This document shows positions 10,470-17,785 of a stretch of 64,000 nt of DNA, piece by piece. The number at the start of each line of letters is the position of its first letter. Position 1 is the stretch's first letter. The position numbers and the translations under genes are program-made. The stretch is from Gaiellales bacterium. GTDB taxonomy: Bacteria > Actinomycetota > Thermoleophilia > Gaiellales > Gaiellaceae. The stretch covers positions 9,663 through 73,662 of the forward strand of contig JBBQLT010000010.1 of assembly GCA_038328165.1 (NCBI GenBank), read 5' to 3'. A model generated the notes under the pieces. It had not been told where the DNA came from. It made no database searches and saw only the letters and a program-made list of their open reading frames with translations.

Positions 10470-11402
10470 GTGAACGTTCAGGAGCTCGACGCGCGGACGG
10501 CTCCCGACGCGCATCTCCGCACGATCCACGAGATCGAGCAGGCGTGCCTCCCTGAGCTCATCCCCGGGGAGCCGGGCCGCAGCGCGGAAGAGGCGATCGC
10601 GTTTTTCCGTCACCAGCCGGTGACCCACGAGACGTTCAACTGGCTCGGTGACGGCGGCTTTGCGAGCCTGTACATCCATGGTCCGAGGGCCGCATTCGTG
10701 CAGCTCTTCGTGCTCCCAGAGCGGCGGCGCTCGGGGCTCGGCACCGCCTTGCTCGCTGCGGTGCGGGCTCGTGCTGGCGAACGTGGGGTCCACGAACTGC
10801 ACGGGCATCACGCGACGCCCGCCGGTGCCGCGTTCGCAGTTCGCTTCGGTGCAACGCCAGGGCAGCGCGAGGTCCGCTCGCTTCTTCGCCTGCGCAGGGC
10901 AGAGCTCCCGGAGCCGGCGATTCCCGCAGGCTGGGGCGTGCAGACGTGGCTGACACGCGTACCGGACGAGCATCTCGCAGCGTTCGTGCGCGCCCGTGCA
11001 GCAATGGACGACGCGCCTGGATCCGAGGAGATCGACTTTCCGACCGCGACCGCGGCACGGGTGCGCGCCTCCGAGGACTCGTTGGTCGAGCGAGGGCGCG
11101 AGATGCGCCTGACGATCGCCTTGGACGAGGCGGGCGAGATCGGCGCGTTGACGGAACTGCGCGTCTCGAGCGGCTCGACGGTGGCGTTCACCGACGACAC
11201 CGGCACGGTGGCGTCACACCGTGGCCAGGGGCTTGCACGTGCGGTCAAGCTCGAGTCGCTCAGGCGCTTGCGTGCCGACCATCCGGAGGTCGAGGTAGTT
11301 ACAACCATGAACGCCGAGGAGAACGCCGCGATGCGGCACATCAACACGTCGGTGGGCTTTCGCGCGGCCGCGACGCTGACGACTGCGACGCTCGCGCTGT
11401 GA
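10470..11402 (+). CDS. GNAT-family N-acetyltransferase with two tandem GNAT-like halves
   Basis: Two acetyl-CoA-type motifs (RRRSGLGTALL and HRGQGLARAV), about 310 aa, overall architecture like MshD/Eis. It starts 9 nt after mreB. Confidence 0.7.
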   Translation: MNVQELDARTAPDAHLRTIHEIEQACLPELIPGEPGRSAEEAIAFFRHQPVTHETFNWLGDGGFASLYIHGPRAAFVQLFVLPERRRSGLGTALLAAVRARAGERGVHELHGHHATPAGAAFAVRFGATPGQREVRSLLRLRRAELPEPAIPAGWGVQTWLTRVPDEHLAAFVRARAAMDDAPGSEEIDFPTATAARVRASEDSLVERGREMRLTIALDEAGEIGALTELRVSSGSTVAFTDDTGTVASHRGQGLARAVKLESLRRLRADHPEVEVVTTMNAEENAAMRHINTSVGFRAAATLTTATLAL

Positions 11403-11890
11403 TCGAGACCGAGCGCCTGCTGCTGCAACGGTTCGCCGAGGACGACCGCGACACGGTTGCGCGCTGGAACGCCGACGCGGAGTTCACGCGGCACCTCGCC
11501 GGAGTACAGACGCGGGAGCAGAGCGACGAGGCCTTCGACCGCTGGGAGCGGCATTGGGCCGAGCACGGCTTCGGGCTCCTCGCCGTCGTCTGGAACGAGA
11601 CGGGGGAGCTGATCGGACGCGTCGGCCCCCAGTTCCACCGGTACTGGCCCGCCGACCCCGAGGTGGGCTGGGCGCTCGACCCTGCGTGGTGTGACCGGGG
11701 GATTGCGACCGAAGCCGGGCGCGCAACTGTCGACTGGGGCTTCGGCGAGCTCGGCTATGCACGCCTCGTCTCGATCACAACCGATCCGAACGTGGCGTCG
11801 CAGCACGTGATGGCGAAGCTCGGTTTCACGCTGCACGCGCGGATTCCGAGTGAGTGGGGCAGGCTCCGTGTGCACGCGCTCGATCGGTAG
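11399..11890 (+). CDS. GNAT-family N-acetyltransferase (RimJ/RimL-like)
   Basis: ETERLLLQRF...EVGWALDPAWCDRGIATEA...NVASQHVMAKLGF. GTG overlaps the upstream stop (GTGA). Confidence 0.8.
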   Translation: MIETERLLLQRFAEDDRDTVARWNADAEFTRHLAGVQTREQSDEAFDRWERHWAEHGFGLLAVVWNETGELIGRVGPQFHRYWPADPEVGWALDPAWCDRGIATEAGRATVDWGFGELGYARLVSITTDPNVASQHVMAKLGFTLHARIPSEWGRLRVHALDR

Positions 11891-11923
11891 CCTCTCGCGA
11901 CGAGCCGGCGTGTCGGTTCAGGT

Positions 11924-12898
11924 TTGTCGCTCCTACCTGCCATCGCCGCTACGCTTGTGCGAGTGCCACGCAACCGGACCGTCCGCCTCGCGGTCCTGGG
12001 CTCATCTGTCCAGCGCACCGCCGCCTCCGGCTATCCCTCGAGTCGCTCCAGCGCCCTCAAGCGCCGGATCATCGTGGGCGGCCTGGTGCTGGCCTCGCTC
12101 GTTCTGATCACGGTCTCGTTCCGCTCGAGCGCCCTCGACGGCGCGCAGGGCACCGTTGCGGGGATCCTACGGCCGTTCGAGGTGGCCGCCGACCGCATTT
12201 CGCGCCCCTTCCGCGACGCCGTCGGGTGGACGCACGGCGTCATCAATGCGAAGAGTGAGAACAAGAAGCTTCGCCAGAGAATCGAGATCTTGAGCCAGAA
12301 GGTGATCCAGGACGAGTCGGCGGTTCAGGAGAACGTGCAGCTGAAGGCGCAGCTCCGCTACCACGGGCCGTCGTCGATCCGCGATTTCGTCAAGGTCGGC
12401 GCCGCGATCCTCACGCACCCGCAGAGCCCGATCGATCAGAGCGTGACCATCGCGACCGGGACGAGTAGCGGGGTTGCGGGGGGAGACGTCGTCGTCGATC
12501 CTTCGACCGGTGGCCTTGTCGGAACGGTCGACCGCGCCTGGTCGAGTGTCGCGCGCGTGACCCTGCTGACCGACGGCCAGAGCGCAGTCACGGCAACCGA
12601 CCTCACGTACCCTTCGGCGATCGGCGTGATCACGCGCGGAGCGGGTGGCAGCGACGTGCTCGTGCTCGACAGCGTCGCGAAGAGTACGTCCGTCGGCATC
12701 GACGACACGGTGATCACCGCGGGCACGCTCGGCAAGGGCGCACTTCCGTTCTCGTCGATGTTCCCGCGCGGGATCCCGATCGGCTCCGTCTCGAGCGCGT
12801 CGAACAACGACGTGAACCCGTTCAAGAACATCCAGGTCAAGCCGCTGGTTGATTTCTCGTCGCTCCGATCGGTGATCGTCCTGGTTCCCAAGGCCTGA
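11924..12898 (+). CDS. mreC: rod shape-determining protein MreC
   Basis: N-terminal TM helix, a coiled-coil segment (ENKKLRQRIEILSQKVIQDESAVQEN) and C-terminal beta domains (GIPIGSV). The start is uncertain: TTG 11924, or GTG 11957/11963. Confidence 0.8.
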   Translation: MSLLPAIAATLVRVPRNRTVRLAVLGSSVQRTAASGYPSSRSSALKRRIIVGGLVLASLVLITVSFRSSALDGAQGTVAGILRPFEVAADRISRPFRDAVGWTHGVINAKSENKKLRQRIEILSQKVIQDESAVQENVQLKAQLRYHGPSSIRDFVKVGAAILTHPQSPIDQSVTIATGTSSGVAGGDVVVDPSTGGLVGTVDRAWSSVARVTLLTDGQSAVTATDLTYPSAIGVITRGAGGSDVLVLDSVAKSTSVGIDDTVITAGTLGKGALPFSSMFPRGIPIGSVSSASNNDVNPFKNIQVKPLVDFSSLRSVIVLVPKA

Positions 12899-13410
12899 TG
12901 GACGGCGTCAAGGCTGGGCTCGTTCTCTTCGTCGTGGCGCTCCTGCAGCTCGCTGTCCTCACCCAGTACAGCGCGTTCCGCACATCGAGCATCGTGCTCG
13001 TCGCACTGCTCTCGATCGCGTTGCTCCGCGGCTCGGTCTTCGGGGCAGTCGCCGGTTTCGCTATCGGACTGTTGCTCGACAGCGCCACGCTCGGAACCCT
13101 CGGCGTCTCGTCACTGCTGCTCACCGTCGGCGGGTTCTGGATCGGCCGGTACGGCGAGACGACCGCCCGGGACCGCTTCCACGCGCCGTTCCTCTCGGTT
13201 GCGGTCGTCACCGTGCTGTTCGCGTTCGGGCAGCTCGCGCTGCAGTTTCTGCTCGGTGAGCCCGCCCCGGCGGGCCTCGTCGTGCAGGGGCTGCCACTTG
13301 GGCTCTTGCTCAATCTGCTGCTGACACTGCCGGTCTACACGCTCGTGCGCAGGATGTTCCCGCCGCTCGAGCTCGGAGACCGGGTCCGGGAGGTGCGTCT
13401 TCTTGGCTAA
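12898..13410 (+). CDS. mreD: rod shape-determining protein MreD
   Basis: 170-aa polytopic membrane protein immediately after mreC (TGATG overlap) and before PBP2. Confidence 0.7.
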   Translation: MDGVKAGLVLFVVALLQLAVLTQYSAFRTSSIVLVALLSIALLRGSVFGAVAGFAIGLLLDSATLGTLGVSSLLLTVGGFWIGRYGETTARDRFHAPFLSVAVVTVLFAFGQLALQFLLGEPAPAGLVVQGLPLGLLLNLLLTLPVYTLVRRMFPPLELGDRVREVRLLG

Positions 13411-15403
13411 CGCACCGGGGCGGTTCCTGCCGGGCGATCCGCGCACCGCCGAGCCGTACCGCCTGACCCCGCAGCTCGCGCTCCGGGTTGCGATCCTCGC
13501 GTTCCTCGCGCTCGGTGTGTTCGCGCTGCTCTTCCTACGGCTCTGGGCGCTTCAGGTTCTCTCCGGCGACCGGTATCTCGCGCAGGCGAACGACAACCGC
13601 GTTCGCACGATCCGCGTCGAGGCTCCGCGAGGCCCCGTGCTCGACCGGTACGGCCGGCTGGTCGTGACGAATGTTCCCGGCACACGCGTCGAGCTGTGGC
13701 CCGCCGACCTCCCGAAGAGCTGGCCCGTGGAGCGTAAGGAGCTACGCGCTCTCGCCGTCGTCACCGGGGTGAGCGTGCAGGAGATGCTCGCTCAGTTGCG
13801 TCGCCACGGCCAGGATCCGCTGACACCGATCGTGGTGCAGAACGGCCTCCATCAGGATCAGATCGACTACCTGAGGGAGCGCGCTCCCGACTTCCCCGGT
13901 GTGCAGTTGCAGGAGAGCTACCTCCGTAAGTACCCGTACCGCTCCCTCGCAGCGCAGGTGCTCGGTTACGTCGGGCAGATCTCACCGAGCGAGTACACGA
14001 GCCTGAAGACCAAGGGCTACGTGCCGACCGACTCGATCGGCCAGGCGGGCATCGAGTCGACCTACGACACCTACCTGCGTGGGAAGAACGGCAAGGCTCA
14101 GCTGACCGTCGACTCGCGGGGCCGGCCGAAGGGGCGCGCGACGCTCGTGACGCAGTTCACGCCCGGTGAGGCGCTGCGGCTGACGATCGACATCAAGCTG
14201 CAGCGCGCTGCCGAGCAGGCACTCCGCTACGGCATCCACCTCGCGCGAGTGAGCGGCATCGAAGGGCAGCATGCGAACGGCGGCTCGATCGTCGCGCTCG
14301 ACCCGCGTGACGGGGCCGTGCTTGCGATGGCGTCGTACCCGACCTATCAGCCGTCGATCTACGTCGGCCGTAAGGACGCGACGAAGCTTGCCCCTGTACT
14401 GGATCCGAAAACGGCCGAGCTGGCGAACCATCCGGGCATCAACCGGGCGATCGATGCGGCGTACCCGCCGGGCTCGACGTTCAAGCCCGTGACGGCGCTC
14501 GCGGCGATGCAGGAGGGGCTGATGCATCCCTACGAGACGATCCCGTGCATCCCGGTCTACACCGCCTACAGGCAGGCGTTCAACAACTGGACGCCGCTGA
14601 TCAACATGGGAATGGACCTCCAGCGAGCGCTCGCGCAGTCGTGCGACACGTACTTCTACGAGCTCGGCCGCCGCTTCTACGTCCTCCCATCCGATCGCGG
14701 GCACCCGCTGCAGGGGTGGGCGAACCGCTTCGGCCTCGGGGAGAAGACGGGGATCGACGCGGGCCCTGAGGCGGCCGGCCTGATCCCGACGCCCGAATGG
14801 CGTCGCGCTGCGTACCCCGCAAGCCAGGGGTACGGGGTGATCGACCGCACGTGGAAGCCGGGCTACTCGATCCAGCTCGCGATCGGCCAGGGACAGGTGC
14901 TCGTGACTCCCCTTCAGATGGCGCGGCTCTATGCGGTGATCGCGAACGGCGGCAAGCTCGTAACCCCGCACCTGGCAGCGGACGTCGAGCTGACCGGCAA
15001 CGACGGGAAGGCCGCACGCATCCTCCGCCGCTTCGGGGCGCAGCCCTCGCAGCCCACGGGTGTCGACCCGACCGCGCTTCGCTATGTCCAGCAGGGGCTG
15101 GAAGAGGCGACGCACGCATCGTTCGGCACCTCGTCGGGCGTCTTTGGCAACTTCCCCGTCGACATCGCCGGCAAGACGGGGAGCGCCGAGAAGAACGTCA
15201 CCCTGCCCGGCTATCCGCAAGCGCCGAAGCTGACCCAGTCGTGGTGGTGCGGCTACGGGCCGTTCGATGCGCCCACGATCGTCGTCTGTGCCGTGATCGA
15301 GAACGGCGGTCACGGTGGGACGGCGGCCGCGCCGGCGGCGTTGAAGGTGTTCGAGCAGTACTTCCGCAAGTCCGCGACCCCGACAGCCCACGCGAGTGAC
15401 TGA
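13403..15403 (+). CDS. mrdA: penicillin-binding protein 2 (elongasome transpeptidase)
   Basis: PBP dimerisation domain plus transpeptidase motifs STFK (PGSTFKPV), an SxN region and KTGS(A) (GKTGSAE). Confidence 0.9.
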   Translation: MANAPGRFLPGDPRTAEPYRLTPQLALRVAILAFLALGVFALLFLRLWALQVLSGDRYLAQANDNRVRTIRVEAPRGPVLDRYGRLVVTNVPGTRVELWPADLPKSWPVERKELRALAVVTGVSVQEMLAQLRRHGQDPLTPIVVQNGLHQDQIDYLRERAPDFPGVQLQESYLRKYPYRSLAAQVLGYVGQISPSEYTSLKTKGYVPTDSIGQAGIESTYDTYLRGKNGKAQLTVDSRGRPKGRATLVTQFTPGEALRLTIDIKLQRAAEQALRYGIHLARVSGIEGQHANGGSIVALDPRDGAVLAMASYPTYQPSIYVGRKDATKLAPVLDPKTAELANHPGINRAIDAAYPPGSTFKPVTALAAMQEGLMHPYETIPCIPVYTAYRQAFNNWTPLINMGMDLQRALAQSCDTYFYELGRRFYVLPSDRGHPLQGWANRFGLGEKTGIDAGPEAAGLIPTPEWRRAAYPASQGYGVIDRTWKPGYSIQLAIGQGQVLVTPLQMARLYAVIANGGKLVTPHLAADVELTGNDGKAARILRRFGAQPSQPTGVDPTALRYVQQGLEEATHASFGTSSGVFGNFPVDIAGKTGSAEKNVTLPGYPQAPKLTQSWWCGYGPFDAPTIVVCAVIENGGHGGTAAAPAALKVFEQYFRKSATPTAHASD

Positions 15404-15415
15404 GAGAGACCCGGC

Positions 15416-16600
15416 GTGACGATCGAAGCTGTCAACACACGCGCGCGCGGCCTGCGCGCGCATCGCGAGTCGGAGTCCGCCGGCCTCGCCGGTGTTCTGC
15501 GCCGTCTCGACTGGTTGCTTCTGCTTGCGCTCGGCGGGGTCGTCGGCTACGGCCTGTGGGCGATCGACGGGATCACCCGACACGATCCGGGCGGTTCGGC
15601 GGTGACGCGCCAGGGGCTCTATGTGTTCGCCGGTGCGTTGCTCTTCGTCGCGGCGCTCGTTGTCGATCCCGACCGTTTTCGAGCCTTCTGGCGACCGATC
15701 TACTTCGGCACGCTCGGCCTCATGATGTTCGTGCTCGTCGCGGGCGCGGCAACGCGCGGCTCACGGCGCTGGATCGACGTCGGCTTCTTCACCTTCCAGC
15801 CGTCCGAGTTCGGAAAGGTGCTGTTCGTGCTTGCGCTCGCCGGGCTCCTCGCGGAGCGCTCGCGCTCGATCGGGGATCCACGCGCGCCGCTCGCCGCGCT
15901 CGGGTATGGGCTGCCGCCGATCGTGCTCGTGTTCGTGCAACCCGACATCGGAACGGCGCTCGTCTACATGGCAGCGCTCGCGGCCGTGCTTTTCATCGCC
16001 GGGGTCCGCTGGTCGCACCTTGGCGTCCTGGGTGCGATTACTGTCGCCGGTGCACTTGCCGTCCTCTGGCTGCTGCCCGTGGCCGGCGTCAACGTGTTGA
16101 AGCCGTACCAGACCGATCGTCTGGTGGGCTTCACGCATCCCGGCAACGATCCGCGTGGGGCGACGTACAACCTGCGTCAGTCGATCACCGCCGTCGGTGC
16201 CGGAGGCCTGCGCGGGCGGGGCGTCCTCGGCGCTACGCAGACGCGGCTCAACTACCTTCCCGAGCACGCGACCGACTTCGCGTTCGCGTCGCTGGCGGAG
16301 GAGCGGGGGTTCTTCGGCGCCGCGATCCTGCTCTTGCTGTATTTGCTCGTCGTGTGGCGTGCCCTGAAGATCGTCGCCGGCGCGCGCGACCTCTACTGCG
16401 CCGTCGTCGCCGGCGGTATCGCGTTTATGTTCCTCTTCCAGGTGTTCGTGAACAGCGCCATGACGATGGGAGTCGCGCCGATCACCGGCATTCCGTTGCC
16501 CTTCGTCTCCGTCGGCGGGTCGTCGATGATCACCAACTTCCTGGCGATCGGCATCCTCCAGTCGATCCATCTCCGGCGCGGGATGCGGAGGCGTGGATGA
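15416..16600 (+). CDS. rodA: rod shape-determining protein RodA (SEDS glycosyltransferase)
   Basis: FtsW/RodA/SpoVE signature: FQPSEFGKV, QPDIGTAL, TDFAFASLAEE and PLPFVSVGGSS. Confidence 0.9.
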   Translation: MTIEAVNTRARGLRAHRESESAGLAGVLRRLDWLLLLALGGVVGYGLWAIDGITRHDPGGSAVTRQGLYVFAGALLFVAALVVDPDRFRAFWRPIYFGTLGLMMFVLVAGAATRGSRRWIDVGFFTFQPSEFGKVLFVLALAGLLAERSRSIGDPRAPLAALGYGLPPIVLVFVQPDIGTALVYMAALAAVLFIAGVRWSHLGVLGAITVAGALAVLWLLPVAGVNVLKPYQTDRLVGFTHPGNDPRGATYNLRQSITAVGAGGLRGRGVLGATQTRLNYLPEHATDFAFASLAEERGFFGAAILLLLYLLVVWRALKIVAGARDLYCAVVAGGIAFMFLFQVFVNSAMTMGVAPITGIPLPFVSVGGSSMITNFLAIGILQSIHLRRGMRRRG

Positions 16601-17349
16601 GGAAGATGAAGCTTGGCCCGCTCGGTGTGCTCTCGGCCGTGCGCGAGTTGCGGCGGGGAGCGGGCGATCTACGTCCGCTGGCGGTCGCCGGCGCCCGCGA
16701 GCTCGTGCCGCTCCTCGCACGTGAGCTGCGCGCGGGGGGCGACGCATCGGCTGTCGTCGAGAACCGCCTCGACGGCGTGGCTGCGCTTGTCTGGGTAGGC
16801 CCGCCGGATGAAGGCCAGCTCCGCGCCGCGTCGCGCGCCGGCATCCCGATCGTGGCGGTGGGCGAGGAGACGTCCGTGCCCTACGTGCTCAGCTCGGCCG
16901 TCGTCCACGTGCCGCCAGGGCAGGGCTTCCCGGTCGCCGAGATCACCCGCGCACTCGCGCATGGCCTCGGCGAGGACGGCACGTCCCTCGCTGCGCGGCT
17001 GCCGGCTCTCCGCGGCGCGGTCTGCGACGAGCTGATCGCGTCCTTCGCGAAGCGCAACGCGATCATCTCGGCTGCGATCTTCGTCCCCGGTGTCGACCTG
17101 CCGGTGCTGACGCTGAACCAGATCCGCCTCGTCCTGCGGATCGCACTCGCCCACGGCGAGCAGATCGACAACCGACGGGCGGTCGAGCTCGTCGGTGTCG
17201 TCGGCGCGGGCTTCGGTCTGCGTGCCGCCGCGCGCGAGCTGCTCGACCTCGTGCCGGTAGCCGGCTGGGCCGTGAAGGGCGCGGTTGCCTACTCGGGCAC
17301 GAAAGCAATCGGCGAAGCCGCCGTCCGCTACTTCGCCAAGCGTCCCTAA
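16597..17349 (+). CDS. hypothetical protein with DUF697-like C-terminal half
   Basis: ATG overlaps the rodA stop (ATGA). The C-terminal segment AAIFVPGVDLPVLTLNQIRLVLRIALAHGE...GWAVKGAVAYSGTKAIG resembles DUF697. No Walker A motif was seen in the N-terminal half. Confidence 0.6.
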   Translation: MRKMKLGPLGVLSAVRELRRGAGDLRPLAVAGARELVPLLARELRAGGDASAVVENRLDGVAALVWVGPPDEGQLRAASRAGIPIVAVGEETSVPYVLSSAVVHVPPGQGFPVAEITRALAHGLGEDGTSLAARLPALRGAVCDELIASFAKRNAIISAAIFVPGVDLPVLTLNQIRLVLRIALAHGEQIDNRRAVELVGVVGAGFGLRAAARELLDLVPVAGWAVKGAVAYSGTKAIGEAAVRYFAKRP

Positions 17350-17464
17350 CGCGTCCCAAGCAGCCCTGTGCAAGTGCTCCGGGACGCGGTCGGAAAGGCA
17401 CGAGGACCGCTCCGTCCGGTTCAGGTCCTAGGCTCACCTTCATCGAACTGGAGGTGACGCCCGC

Positions 17465-17671
17465 ATGCCACTGACCGGTGCCCAGGAAGCACATGAGCTC
17501 TTGCTGATCGAAGAAGCCGATGCATGGTTCGAGTACCTCGAGGCGACTCGCGGGCAGTCAGCCGTCCGCTACGTCGAGGTCGAGCCATGGGCCTGGGCGC
17601 GGCTCAGCCAGCGAATGCGGGCGATCCGCACGCGTCGCTCGAAGCTCCGGCCCGCCGCCGAAGCCGCGTAA
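17465..17671 (+). CDS. hypothetical small protein (68 aa)
   Basis: Strong SD GGAGGTGA lies 6-7 nt upstream of the ATG, and GC3 is high. I recognise no family. Confidence 0.5.
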   Translation: MPLTGAQEAHELLLIEEADAWFEYLEATRGQSAVRYVEVEPWAWARLSQRMRAIRTRRSKLRPAAEAA

Positions 17672-17785
17672 GACCCTGCTGATACCCTGCCGGAAGGCCT
17701 ATGCCAAGGCTTTTCCACCCAAACCGCGACGCGCGCCCGTCACAGACGGCGCGGCTGCGCGCGCGCCCATTCGAGGAGAGATCGT

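Noticed and set aside
17672-17785. An autoregulatory hairpin in the rne 5' UTR (CGCGCCCGTC-ACA-GACGGCGCG at about 17741-17765).
   Set aside because: It is a short bulged GC hairpin, which is expected by chance in GC-rich DNA, and I have no comparative support for it.
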